Assembly (NCBI GenBank): GCA_023700825.1
Contig: JAMPYE010000001.1
Location: forward strand, 1-43,547
Direction: 5' to 3'
DNA length: 43,547 bases
DNA from: Thermoanaerobaculia bacterium
GTDB lineage: Bacteria > Acidobacteriota > Thermoanaerobaculia > Gp7-AA8
Made by a program: the position numbers and the translations under genes. Below the pieces are notes generated by a model that was not told the origin of the DNA, ran no database searches, and saw nothing but the letters and a program-made list of their open reading frames with translations. Below, piece by piece: positions 1-8,647 of the stretch; within the stretch, counting starts at the first letter, position 1, and each line of letters begins with the position of its first letter.

Positions 1-60
1 ATACCATATCGATTGTCGCTTTGCGGGTGGCGCTCCGCCCCTCGCGAAATCCGCGGACAA

Positions 61-106
61 ACAAAAAGTCCTCCGGCGCAGACGCGCCGGAGGACTCGGG
101 TTTTTC
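61..106 (-). terminator. Rho-independent terminator after tsf (hairpin usable in both directions)
   Basis: Perfect 12-bp stem gtcctccggcgc (68-79) / gcgccggaggac (84-95) with a 4-nt loop. It is flanked by A5 (63-67, a T-tract on the minus strand) and T5 (101-105), and lies just past the tsf stop at 114-116. Confidence 0.8.
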
Positions 107-113
107 TACAGGG

Positions 114-1043
114 CTAGTTGCCGGAAGCCTGGGCCATGACTTCGGCGACGAAGTCGTTGGCCTTCTTCTCGATTCCCTCGCCGAGCTTGAAGCGGCTGAA
201 GCGCGACACGTCGAACTTCGCACCCACTTCCTTCCCGCGCTGGTCGACGAGCTTCTGCACCGACATCTTGTCGTCGCGAATGTAGGGCTGCTCGAGCAGA
301 ACCGTCTCGGCGTAGTACTTCTCCATCTTGCCGGCCACGATCTTCTCGACGACAGCCTCGGGCTTGCCGGCCTTGATTGCCTGCTCGCGCGCCACTTCCT
401 TCTCGGTGTCGAGGTCCTTCGTCGTGACCTCGTCGCGATGCAGGAAACGCGGCTCGGCGGCGGCGACGTGCATCGCCAGTTCCTTTGCGAGCGCCTCGGC
501 CGCGGCGGTCGCCTCGGCCTTGTCGACCTTGACCTCGACGATCACGCCGATCTTGCCGTTGCCGTGGATGTAGCTGCTCAGCGCTGCGCCGGAGGCGTCG
601 TAGCGCAGGAAACGGCGAACCGCGATGTTCTCGCCGATCTTGGCGATCTTGCCCGAGATGTGCTGCGCGACGGTGTGCCCTTCGGCATCGCCGGGCCAGC
701 TAAGTGCGAGCAACTGCTCGACACCAGCGGGGTTCTCCGAGCGAACCAGTCCCGCGATTCCGGCGACCAGCGCCTTGAAGTCGTCGGTCTGCGCCACGAA
801 GTCGGTCTCGCAGTTCACTTCGATGAGGATGCCGGAAGCTCCCTCGATCGACGCGTAAACGATTCCTTCCGAAGCGATGCGCCCCGCCTTCTTGCCGGCG
901 GCGGCCAGCCCCTTCTTGCGAAGGACCTTCACCGCCTCCTCGATGTTCCCGTTCGATTCCGTCAGCGCGGCCTTGCAATCCATCATGCCCGCGCCGGTCT
1001 TCTCGCGGAGCTCTTTGACGAGCGCTGCGTCGATCTGTGCCAT
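114..1043 (-). CDS. tsf: Translation elongation factor Ts
   Basis: ORF 114..1133 trimmed to the internal ATG at 1041-1043. The N-terminus MAQIDAALVKELREKTGAGMMDCKAAL is the canonical EF-Ts start. The gene sits directly downstream of rpsB, as in the conserved rpsB-tsf operon. Confidence 0.95.
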   Translation of the reverse strand: MAQIDAALVKELREKTGAGMMDCKAALTESNGNIEEAVKVLRKKGLAAAGKKAGRIASEGIVYASIEGASGILIEVNCETDFVAQTDDFKALVAGIAGLVRSENPAGVEQLLALSWPGDAEGHTVAQHISGKIAKIGENIAVRRFLRYDASGAALSSYIHGNGKIGVIVEVKVDKAEATAAAEALAKELAMHVAAAEPRFLHRDEVTTKDLDTEKEVAREQAIKAGKPEAVVEKIVAGKMEKYYAETVLLEQPYIRDDKMSVQKLVDQRGKEVGAKFDVSRFSRFKLGEGIEKKANDFVAEVMAQASGN

Positions 1044-1185
1044 GGTTTTCTCCGAACAGTCTGGGGGTCGTGTCCCGGGGCCCCGGAGCACGGTGTCGGC
1101 GCCGGACGTTTCCGCCCGGCGCCGGTCAAACACTCATGTGGGCGCGTCCCGCTTGCGCGGGTCGCGAGCATCGAGATGCGCCGCC

Positions 1186-1971
1186 CTACGAAACTGGGGC
1201 AGGCACGACGCCCGAAGGCGCCACCTGCGGCGGCATCTCTCCCTCGGCCATCTCGGGCTTGTCCTCGGCGGAGATGTACATCTCCTGCGCGACGTTGTAG
1301 CCCTCGAGCACCGAGTCGGCGATCTTTTGCGTAAAGAGCCGGATCGCGCGGATGGCGTCGTCGTTGCCGGGAATCACCTTGTCGATGTCGTCGGGATCGC
1401 AATTCGTGTCGACGATCGCGACGACCGGGATTCCAAGCTTCTTCGCCTCCTTCACGGCGATGTACTCCTTCTTTGGATCGATGACGAACATCGCGTCCGG
1501 AAGGGAGTCCATCTCGCGGATTCCGACGAGATTCTTCTCGAGCTTCTGCCGTTCACGGTCGAGCGCGGCGCGCTCTTTCTTGGAGATTTCCTTCTCCGCG
1601 TCGCCGAGCGTCGACTCGAGCTCCTTGAGGCGCTCGATCGATTTCCGGACCGTGACGAAGTTGGTGAGGGTGCCGCCCAGCCAACGGCTGTTCACGTAGA
1701 ACATGCCGCAGCGATTGGCCTCCTCCATGATGGCGTCCTGCGCCTGTCGCTTGGTGCCGACGAACAGGACCCGTTTACCCTGCAGACTGAGCTCGGTGAC
1801 AAAAGCGGAAGCTTCCTTGAAGAGCTTGAGCGTCTTCTGGAGATCGATGATGTAGATCCCGTTGCGCTTTCCGAAGATGTACTTCTTCATCTTCGGATTC
1901 CAGCGCTTGGTCTGATGACCAAAATGGACGCCAGCTTCCAACAGCTCTTTCATTGTGATTGAAACTGCCAA
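1186..1971 (-). CDS. rpsB: 30S ribosomal protein S2
   Basis: 261-aa ORF; [22 protein letters not shown] and IIDLQKT are typical S2 motifs. The acidic C-terminal tail is common in high-GC taxa. Confidence 0.95.
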   Translation of the reverse strand: MAVSITMKELLEAGVHFGHQTKRWNPKMKKYIFGKRNGIYIIDLQKTLKLFKEASAFVTELSLQGKRVLFVGTKRQAQDAIMEEANRCGMFYVNSRWLGGTLTNFVTVRKSIERLKELESTLGDAEKEISKKERAALDRERQKLEKNLVGIREMDSLPDAMFVIDPKKEYIAVKEAKKLGIPVVAIVDTNCDPDDIDKVIPGNDDAIRAIRLFTQKIADSVLEGYNVAQEMYISAEDKPEMAEGEMPPQVAPSGVVPAPVS

Positions 1972-2004
1972 ACCGTCCTCCTCGTTCTACGTTCGTTCCT
2001 GTGG

Positions 2005-2039
2005 ACAAAAAAGGACAGGAGCCTTGCGACCCCTGTCCC
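2005..2039 (-). terminator. Rho-independent terminator after rplM-rpsI
   Basis: Stem ggacagg (2013-2019) / cctgtcc (2032-2038). On the minus strand it is followed by a T6 tract (plus-strand aaaaaa at 2006-2012), about 40 nt past the rpsI stop. Confidence 0.65.
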
Positions 2040-2078
2040 GTGCTGACTACCTGAAACTCGGATACATCACGGCAACCA

Positions 2079-2465
2079 CTAGCGCTTCGAGAACTGGAAG
2101 CGCGCGCGTGCGCCCTTCTGTCCGTACTTCTTGCGCTCTTTCATACGGGGATCGCGCGTGAGGAGGCCCGCCTTCTTGAGCTTCTTCCGAAGCTCGGCGT
2201 TGTAAACCTCCAGGGCGCGGGAGATGCCGTGGCGAATCGCCCCGGCCTGACCCGTGGGTCCGCCGCCGTCGACATTGACGAGAATGTCGAAGTGCTCGAC
2301 CGTCTCAGTCAGAGACAGCGGCTGCCTGATGATCATCTTGAGGACTTCATTCGGGAAGTAGTCATCGAACGTGCGGTGATTGACCGTGATCTGCCCGCTG
2401 CCCTGGCGCAGCCACACGCGCGCCGTCGACGACTTCCTGCGACCGGTTCCGTAATATTCGACCAA
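2079..2465 (-). CDS. rpsI: 30S ribosomal protein S9
   Basis: 128 aa; [12 protein letters not shown] near the N-terminus and the C-terminal [17 protein letters not shown] are the S9 hallmarks. It follows rplM. Confidence 0.95.
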   Translation of the reverse strand: MVEYYGTGRRKSSTARVWLRQGSGQITVNHRTFDDYFPNEVLKMIIRQPLSLTETVEHFDILVNVDGGGPTGQAGAIRHGISRALEVYNAELRKKLKKAGLLTRDPRMKERKKYGQKGARARFQFSKR

Positions 2466-2488
2466 AGCTGAACCCTTTCCTTTGCTAC

Positions 2489-2920
2489 CTACGAAATCTT
2501 GACCGACTCAGGCTGCTGAGCCTGATGCGGGTGCTGGGTCCCGCGGTAAACTTTGAGCTTCTTGAGCATCTTGCGGCCGATGCGGTTCTTGGGGAGCATG
2601 CCCGCCACCGCCCGCTCGATCATCGACTCCGGCTTGTCCACACGGACGAAGCGCGCGCTCGACTCCCTGAGCCCCCCGGGATATCCGCTGTGGTGACGGT
2701 ACATCTTCTGCGTCTCCTTGCGGCCCGTGAGCACGACCTTCTCGGCGTTCAGGATGATCACGTGATCGCCCGTGTCGAGAAACGGCGTGTAGGTTGGCTT
2801 GTTCTTGCCGGCGATGATGCTGGCCACCGCGGACGACAGGCGGCCCAGAACCATGCCGTCGGCGTCGATGATGAACCACCGGGGTTCGATGTCGCCCTTC
2901 TTCGGAAAATACGTGCGCAT
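2489..2920 (-). CDS. rplM: 50S ribosomal protein L13
   Basis: 143 aa; [32 protein letters not shown] is the L13 core. Conserved rplM-rpsI order. Confidence 0.95.
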   Translation of the reverse strand: MRTYFPKKGDIEPRWFIIDADGMVLGRLSSAVASIIAGKNKPTYTPFLDTGDHVIILNAEKVVLTGRKETQKMYRHHSGYPGGLRESSARFVRVDKPESMIERAVAGMLPKNRIGRKMLKKLKVYRGTQHPHQAQQPESVKIS

Positions 2921-3124
2921 TTCTTAGATTCCTATAGGTGTTTCACGAGCTGCTTACCGCGCGGCCCGGAACTGTCCGAGAGGCGCTGCAGAGGCTTACT
3001 ACGGGCACTCCGCACCCGACCCCTCCAGAAAGGGGCTGAACGGTAACATCGCTTAACCGCCGGTGTCAAGACGTACATTCCCGGACCCCTTGTCTACTGC
3101 GCCGCAGAGTGGTAGAAGCCCCGC

Positions 3125-3814
3125 GTGCTCGACAAGGACCCGCGTCAGATCCGTCGGATGTTCGCCAGCGTATCCCATCGCTACGACATCGCCAACAGAG
3201 TTCTTTCGATGCGCTTCGACGTGGCCTGGCGTAAACGCGTCGCAAGCCAGCTTCTGCCGGCAGCGGGAGGCCTCGTTCTCGACCTCGCCGCCGGCACCGG
3301 CGACCTGACCGTCGACCTCGAGCGGTTCGGCCGCCACCGGGTCGTCTCCGCTGACTTCACCTTCGAGATGCTCGCCCACGGCCGCGAGAAGCTCCGGAAC
3401 CGGGCTCCAGGCTCGATCCAGGTGACCGCCGACGCCCTCGCTCTCCCGTTCCGCTCCGCGGCGTTCGACGGCGTTTCCGTCGCGTTTGGAGTGCGGAACT
3501 TCCAAGATCCCGGCCACGGGCTGCGCGAGATCCGGCGTGTGCTGCGGTCCGGCGGCCGGCTTGGCGTGCTCGAGTTCTCGAAGCCGCGCCAGCCCCTTCG
3601 CTTCTTTTACGGCCTCTACTCCAGACACATCCTTCCCGCGGTCGGAGGCCTGATCACCGGCACGCGGAGCCCGTACGAGTACCTTCCCGCGTCGGTTCAG
3701 GCGTTTCCGGAGGGCGCAGCCTTTCTCGACCTGATGAGGGACGCGGGCTTCAAGAACAGCACGGCCGCGCGGCTGAGCGGCGGAATCGTCACTTTCTATC
3801 GAGGTGAGGCGTGA
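3125..3814 (+). CDS. ubiE: Demethylmenaquinone/ubiquinone C-methyltransferase (UbiE/MenG family)
   Basis: 229 aa. [28 protein letters not shown] matches the UbiE/MenG N-terminal signature. [11 protein letters not shown] is SAM motif I. The end [11 protein letters not shown] is family-typical. GTG start; TTGTCT-N17-TAGAAG lies immediately upstream, so the mRNA may have a short leader or none. Confidence 0.85.
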   Translation: MLDKDPRQIRRMFASVSHRYDIANRVLSMRFDVAWRKRVASQLLPAAGGLVLDLAAGTGDLTVDLERFGRHRVVSADFTFEMLAHGREKLRNRAPGSIQVTADALALPFRSAAFDGVSVAFGVRNFQDPGHGLREIRRVLRSGGRLGVLEFSKPRQPLRFFYGLYSRHILPAVGGLITGTRSPYEYLPASVQAFPEGAAFLDLMRDAGFKNSTAARLSGGIVTFYRGEA

Positions 3815-4722
3815 GCGCAAAACTGATCGACGGCAAGCAGATCGCATCCGAGGTCGAGGCAGAGGTCCGGGCCGAGTGCGAGGCTCTCGCGAAGCGGGGG
3901 GTGATTCCGGGGCTCGTCGCAATCCGGGTCGGTGACGACCCCGCATCGGAAGTCTATGTGCGCAACAAGGCGAGAAAGGCGACGGAGCTCGGGCTCCGCG
4001 GCACGCAGCGGCATCTCGACGCAGCGACTTCGCAGGCCGAGCTCGAGGCCGAGATCGACCGCCTCAACGCCGACGACGAAGTGGACGGCATCCTGCTTCA
4101 GCTTCCACTTCCTTCACATCTCGACTCCAAGGCGCTGCTCGACCGGATCGACCCGCGCAAGGACGTCGACGGATTTCATCCGATGAACGTCGGACGCCTC
4201 CAGCAGGGCCGCCCCTGCCTCGTGCCCTGCACGCCGATGGGCGTGATCCGGCTGCTCGACTCGAGCGGAATCGCGATCGGAGGCTGCCGCGCCGTCGTCG
4301 TGGGACGGAGCGACATCGTCGGCAAGCCGGTCGCGGCGCTCCTTCTCCACCGTCACGCGACGGTGACGATTGCGCACTCGAAGACTCCCGACCTGCCGGG
4401 GCTCGTACGCGAGGCCGATATCGTCGTCGCAGCTATCGGCCGCCCTATGATGATCACCGGCGAGATGATCAAGCCGGGCGCCGCGGTCATCGACGTCGGC
4501 ATCAACCGGATCGAGCCCGATTTCGCGAAGCTCGGCGTGCTGAGCGAGGCGAAGCGGAACGTGGTGCTGTCGAAGGGATCGGCGCTGGTCGGAGACGTCG
4601 AGTTCGAGTCTGCGAGCCGCGTCGCGGGCTGGATCACGCCGGTGCCCGGCGGAGTCGGCCCGATGACGATCGCCTACCTGTTGAAGAACACGGTGCAAGC
4701 CGCGAAGGACAGACGCGCGTGA
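3811..4722 (+). CDS. folD: Bifunctional methylenetetrahydrofolate dehydrogenase/cyclohydrolase
   Basis: 303 aa; [40 protein letters not shown] and [11 protein letters not shown] are FolD motifs. GTGA overlap with the ubiE stop. Confidence 0.95.
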   Translation: MSAKLIDGKQIASEVEAEVRAECEALAKRGVIPGLVAIRVGDDPASEVYVRNKARKATELGLRGTQRHLDAATSQAELEAEIDRLNADDEVDGILLQLPLPSHLDSKALLDRIDPRKDVDGFHPMNVGRLQQGRPCLVPCTPMGVIRLLDSSGIAIGGCRAVVVGRSDIVGKPVAALLLHRHATVTIAHSKTPDLPGLVREADIVVAAIGRPMMITGEMIKPGAAVIDVGINRIEPDFAKLGVLSEAKRNVVLSKGSALVGDVEFESASRVAGWITPVPGGVGPMTIAYLLKNTVQAAKDRRA

Positions 4723-5330
4723 TCCTTCGCGTCGGGCTGACCGGCGGGATCGCCTCAGGGAAGTCGACAGTCGCGTCGATCCTGGGCGAGCTCGGCTGCG
4801 TCGTCATCGACGCCGACGGGGTCGTCCGCGATCTCTACCGGCCAGGCATGGCCGGCCATCGTGCGCTGGTGGGCCGGTACGGCGACGCGGTGCTTCGCGA
4901 CGACGGAGAGATCGACCGGCCCAGGCTCTCGGCAATCGCGCTCGCCACACCGGAGGGCGCCTCCGAGCTCAATGCGTTGATCCACCCGCTGGTGATCGAG
5001 GAGCAGGAGCGGCGCATCCGCGCGGCCGACATCGGACGGGACACGATCGTCGTCGTCGAGGCGACGCTCTTGCTCGAGTCCGGCGGGAGACAGCGCTTCG
5101 ACCGGATCGTCGTCGTCGATCTCGATCCCGAAGAGCAGGTGCGCCGCGGCACGGCGCGAGGCATGAGCGAAGAGGAAGTGCGTCTCCGCATGTCGCGCCA
5201 GATGCCTCGGGAATGGCGCGCGGCGCAGGCCGACTACGTGCTCTCGTCGGCCGGGACGATCCACGAGACGCGCGCGCGCACCGAGGCGCTCTTCGACTCG
5301 CTGCTCGCCGATCTCGAGCGCAAAAAATAA
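4719..5330 (+). CDS. coaE: Dephospho-CoA kinase
   Basis: 203 aa; [14 protein letters not shown]-loop at the N-terminus and CoaE-like length and layout. GTGA overlap with the folD stop. Confidence 0.9.
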   Translation: MILRVGLTGGIASGKSTVASILGELGCVVIDADGVVRDLYRPGMAGHRALVGRYGDAVLRDDGEIDRPRLSAIALATPEGASELNALIHPLVIEEQERRIRAADIGRDTIVVVEATLLLESGGRQRFDRIVVVDLDPEEQVRRGTARGMSEEEVRLRMSRQMPREWRAAQADYVLSSAGTIHETRARTEALFDSLLADLERKK

Positions 5331-5366
5331 ACGCGCCCCGCCGGAGCGGGGCGCGTTCGTTTTCGA
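5321..5366. terminator. Bidirectional rho-independent terminator between coaE and the convergent lipoprotein gene
   Basis: Perfect 11-bp GC stem acgcgccccgc (5331-5341) / gcggggcgcgt (5346-5356) with loop cgga. A-rich run 5321-5330 on one side and tcgttttcg on the other. Confidence 0.85.
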
Positions 5367-5378
5367 TCTTTCGATCGG

Positions 5379-5639
5379 TTACTTCGTGGCCGGAGCGGCG
5401 GCCGTGTCGGTCGTGGCCGGCGCGGTCGAGGTGCTCATCGTGGTCATTTCCGTCATCGTCGTCTCGGTCGTGGCGGCGGTGTCGGTGGTCATCGCGGTGT
5501 CAACGGCCGGGGCGGCCTCAACGGCGGCCGGGGCGGCTTCGGTCGTGGTCTCCGGGGCGGCCTCTTCCTTCTTGCAGCCGACGGCGAAGATCGAGAGGGC
5601 GAACACGGCGATGAGGGCGAAAACGAGGGACTTCTTCAT
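5379..5639 (-). CDS. Small Thr/Ala/Met-rich lipoprotein (paralog A)
   Basis: 86 aa. The signal peptide carries a lipobox (ALSIFAVGC). The mature part is almost only T, A, E, M, D, S, V and P. An SD (AGGAGAT) lies 9 nt upstream of the ATG. Confidence 0.7.
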   Translation of the reverse strand: MKKSLVFALIAVFALSIFAVGCKKEEAAPETTTEAAPAAVEAAPAVDTAMTTDTAATTETTMTEMTTMSTSTAPATTDTAAAPATK

Positions 5640-5677
5640 TGGGTGAATCTCCTAGTTGGTTGGTTGTTGTTGTTAAC
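5640..5677 (-). promoter_or_regulatory. CA-rich 5' leader module (CAACAACAACCAACC-N-AGGAGAT-N9-ATG)
   Basis: The minus strand reads GTTAACAACAACAACCAACCAACTAGGAGATTCACCCA followed by ATG. The 15-mer (plus-strand ggttggttgttgttg, 5658-5672) recurs identically at 22030-22044 upstream of comEA. Confidence 0.5.
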
Positions 5678-5716
5678 TTTGAACTCTGATTGGTTCAAAA
5701 CTCTTGTATCGCGAAA

Positions 5717-5980
5717 TTACTTGGTGGCCGGAGCGGCCGCGGTGTCGGTCGTCGCCGGAGCGGCGGTGTCGGTGCTGACCGTCGTCATGGCGGTCGTCAT
5801 CGTGTCCGTCGTGGCGGCGGCGGTGTCGGTCGACACGGCCGTCTCGGTCATCACGACTTCGGAGGCCGTCGTCTCAGTCACGGCGGTGTCGGTCGTGGCG
5901 GCCTCTTCCTTCTTGCAGCCGACCGCGAAGATCGACAGCGCGAAGAGGACGACCAGGGCGAGGCTAAGGGACTTTTTCAT
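5717..5980 (-). CDS. Small Thr/Ala/Met-rich lipoprotein (paralog B)
   Basis: ORF 5717..6049 trimmed to the ATG at 5978-5980 (MKKSLSLALVVLFALSIFAVGCKKEEAA). The signal/lipobox and the C-terminal TDTAAAPATK match paralog A. AAGGAGAG SD upstream. Confidence 0.7.
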   Translation of the reverse strand: MKKSLSLALVVLFALSIFAVGCKKEEAATTDTAVTETTASEVVMTETAVSTDTAAATTDTMTTAMTTVSTDTAAPATTDTAAAPATK

Positions 5981-6202
5981 GAAATCTCTCCTTGCAGCTC
6001 GTGCGCTGCAGATTAGTTTTGAATTCGAGAATTGGAACAACCGGATCAACTCTTTGTCGTTTTGAAGTCGCGCTTGCCGGCGCTTTCCTCCCTGTGTAAA
6101 GCACTCCAGGGTTGACAGAGCGAACCGTCGCTCAGTTCACGTTGAAGTGGTCGGAGAGCGCTTCAGGCACACGATCACCAACAGGTACTTCAACGGCCCG
6201 TT

Positions 6203-6994
6203 ATGATAGACGGGTTGGCCAGAATGTCAAGTCCGCACGCGAGGACAGGAGTCCCCGTCAGCGCCCTCCGAACGACTTCGGTCGACGGCACTGCGCTCGT
6301 GTTCGACCTGTACCCTGCCCCCGGCGGCACCGCGGTACTGATCGTTCCCGGATTCTGGCGAACCCGGCGGCACCCGGCCCTTCTTGAGGCCGCACGACAC
6401 ATCGCTCGAAGCTGCGGATCCTGCGCCATCATGGATTGCCGGGGGCACGGCGACAGCGGCGGAGTCTTCGAGTTCGACCGGCACGAGCATTTCGACGTTG
6501 CGGCGGTCGCCCGGGCACTGCTCGAGGAAACCGGCGCCGAACGCCTGGTACTTCTCGGATTGTCGGCCGGAGGCGCGATCGCCATCTCGGCCGCCGCGCG
6601 CCATCGCGATCTTCCGATCGCCGGGCTCGCCCTGATCTCGTCGGTTTGCGACTTCCGCCAGGTGATCCCTCGTCCCAATCCGTTCACGATCCATCGCCAT
6701 CTCTCGCTCGGCGAGGCGATGAAGACTCCCCGCTTTCGCTGGCCCGGCGACGACCGGCTCTCCCCGTCCGTCGACATTCGTGACATCGAGGCACCTGTCT
6801 GCCTGATTCACGCACGGAACGACTGGCTGGTCAGCCACCGCCACTCGGAGGTGCTCCACCGGAACGCGGGCGACGCGGAACTGCACATCCTCGAGATTTC
6901 CGGCCGCTATCACGCCGACAAGCTCTTTTCGGTCGCACCGGAACTCGTGTGGCCCCCGCTCGAGAGCTTCATTCGACGCGTCAGCCACTCGTGA
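6203..6994 (+). CDS. Alpha/beta hydrolase fold protein
   Basis: 263 aa. GLSAGG is a nucleophile elbow (GxSxG). CRGHGDSGG is typical of the region after strand 4. Late Asp/His segments (ARNDWLV, YHAD) follow. The start codon is uncertain. Confidence 0.7.
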   Translation: MIDGLARMSSPHARTGVPVSALRTTSVDGTALVFDLYPAPGGTAVLIVPGFWRTRRHPALLEAARHIARSCGSCAIMDCRGHGDSGGVFEFDRHEHFDVAAVARALLEETGAERLVLLGLSAGGAIAISAAARHRDLPIAGLALISSVCDFRQVIPRPNPFTIHRHLSLGEAMKTPRFRWPGDDRLSPSVDIRDIEAPVCLIHARNDWLVSHRHSEVLHRNAGDAELHILEISGRYHADKLFSVAPELVWPPLESFIRRVSHS

Positions 6995-7030
6995 CGCGAA
7001 CCCGATTCGCGCGGAAGTGGTGGCCGGGCC

Positions 7031-7591
7031 TCAGGCGCGCTCTTCCAGGTACCGCGTGAGCAGCCCGAGGGCACGACCTCGATGAGAGATCTCGTCCTTC
7101 TCGGGGCCGCTCATCTCGGCATAGGTCTTCTCCGAGCCGAGAGGAAGGAACCAGGCATCCCAGCCGAAGCCGGCGCTTCCGCGCGGCTCGGTGAGAATCT
7201 CCCCCGCGGTCTCGCCGACGAAGAGGCTGGTCACCCGTCCGTCCCAGAGCGCGAGAGCACACCTTGCCGAAGCGCGGCGACTCTCGAGGGCGCGCGCAAT
7301 CGAGGCAAGCCCCGCGCCACCCGCGGCCTCGAGCAGCCACTTCACGTAGGGACCGGGGAAGCCGCCAAGCGCGTCGAAACCGAGCGATACGTCTTCGACG
7401 AGAAAGGGAGGGTCGAACGATTCGCGGGCCCGCTGGAGCTTCGCCGCGACGATCTCCTCGAGCGTGGCCGCCTGGATCTCTTCCACCGCGAGATGGACCG
7501 GCTCGACGGCGACGCCGAGCAGCCGGCGCGCCTCCTCGGCCTTGTTCGCGTTGGAGGTGACGAAGCGGATCAGTGCATGCTCCGCGGTCAG
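7031..7591 (-). CDS. Non-canonical purine NTP pyrophosphatase (ITPA/HAM1 type)
   Basis: FLVEDVSLGFDALGGFPGPYVKW and GFGWDAWF resemble eukaryote-type ITPA. The conserved N-terminal IRFVTSNANKAEEA lies upstream of the first canonical start (GTG at 7484-7486). The 5' end is placed provisionally at the CTG at 7589-7591, which overlaps the anti-sigma TGA. Confidence 0.75.
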   Translation of the reverse strand: MTAEHALIRFVTSNANKAEEARRLLGVAVEPVHLAVEEIQAATLEEIVAAKLQRARESFDPPFLVEDVSLGFDALGGFPGPYVKWLLEAAGGAGLASIARALESRRASARCALALWDGRVTSLFVGETAGEILTEPRGSAGFGWDAWFLPLGSEKTYAEMSGPEKDEISHRGRALGLLTRYLEERA

Positions 7592-7812
7592 GAATGCACG
7601 ACAGCGTCGTGAATCCGCTCGCGAAGGCTGTCAGGGGCGCAACGCGGCCGGAGCCGGCTCCGGAGGAAGCGCCGCAGGCGCTGTTCGACTCCGACGTATC
7701 GCTGACAGCTCTCGCAGACGTCGAGGTGTGAACGGAATTCGTCGGCCTTCAGCTGGCCGACGGTGCCATCGAGGTAGAAGTAAACGAGATGCTTAACGTC
7801 GCCACAGACCAC
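7588..7812 (-). CDS. Zinc-binding anti-sigma factor (ZAS, RsrA-like, cytoplasmic)
   Basis: 74 aa with no TM segment. HLDVCESC fits the ZAS motif H-x3-C-x2-C, and there is an extra N-terminal Cys (MVCGD). It lies immediately downstream of the ECF sigma gene. Confidence 0.75.
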   Translation of the reverse strand: MVCGDVKHLVYFYLDGTVGQLKADEFRSHLDVCESCQRYVGVEQRLRRFLRSRLRPRCAPDSLRERIHDAVVHS

Positions 7813-7861
7813 CGCTGGCTCCTGTCATGCTCGTATTGACGGCTCAGCGGGGAGAACTGGT

Positions 7862-8647
7862 CTACTCGAGGTCGAATTCCTCTTCCGGTTCCTCTTCGAT
7901 CTCGAACTCGAAGTCTTCGGCATCACCCGCCAGCAGCACGAGCTCGTCGTCTTCGGTCGGTTCCTTCTCCTCCGCTTCGTCCTCGGGCAGGCCGGAGTCG
8001 GGCTTCTTCTTCTTGACCTCGTCCTTGCGCGAGCGCATCTTCGCCGGCTCGCCGGAACGAATGTAGCCGTACTTGCGGGCGTACTCGAGAAGGGTCCGCT
8101 CGAGCATCTTGCGGCCGCGGTAGAGCCGCGACATCACCGTGCCGACGGGGCAGTCGAGAATTTCTGCAATCTCTTTGTAAGAAAAGCCCTCGAGGTCGGC
8201 GAGCAGCACGACCATTTTGTAGTCGTGGGGGAGCGAGTCGAGGGCGCGCTTGACGTCCTCGTCCATCATGTCCTGGAAGATGTCGGTCTCCGGGTCCTTG
8301 ATCAGGTCCGGGGCGTTCTTCTGGATGACGCGCTCGTACGACTCTTCGATCTCCGAGAAGTCGATCTTGTGAGGGGTGAGCTTCTTCTTCCGGTAGTTGT
8401 TGATGAACGTGTTCTTCATGATCTTGAAGAGCCACGCCTTGAAGTTCGTACCCTCTTCGAACTTGTCGTAGTACTTGTATGCCTTGAGGTAGGTTTCCTG
8501 CACCAGGTCCTCGGCATCTTCCGAGTTCCGGGTCATGCGATATGCGGTGTTGTAGAGCGAGTCGACGTACGGCATCGCCGCCTTCTCGAAGTCCCACCCT
8601 CGCTCATGATCCTGCGGCGCTTCAGCGCTTTTCATAGGAGTCTCCAT
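7862..8647 (-). CDS. ECF-type RNA polymerase sigma factor with long acidic C-terminal extension
   Basis: 261 aa. Region 2 is DAEDLVQETYLKAYKYYDKF...FKAWLFKIMKNTFIN. Region 4 is FSYKEIAEILDCPVGTVMSRLYRGRKML. After about residue 195 comes a lysine patch, then a D/E-rich tail ending EEEPEEEFDLE. Confidence 0.85.
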   Translation of the reverse strand: METPMKSAEAPQDHERGWDFEKAAMPYVDSLYNTAYRMTRNSEDAEDLVQETYLKAYKYYDKFEEGTNFKAWLFKIMKNTFINNYRKKKLTPHKIDFSEIEESYERVIQKNAPDLIKDPETDIFQDMMDEDVKRALDSLPHDYKMVVLLADLEGFSYKEIAEILDCPVGTVMSRLYRGRKMLERTLLEYARKYGYIRSGEPAKMRSRKDEVKKKKPDSGLPEDEAEEKEPTEDDELVLLAGDAEDFEFEIEEEPEEEFDLE

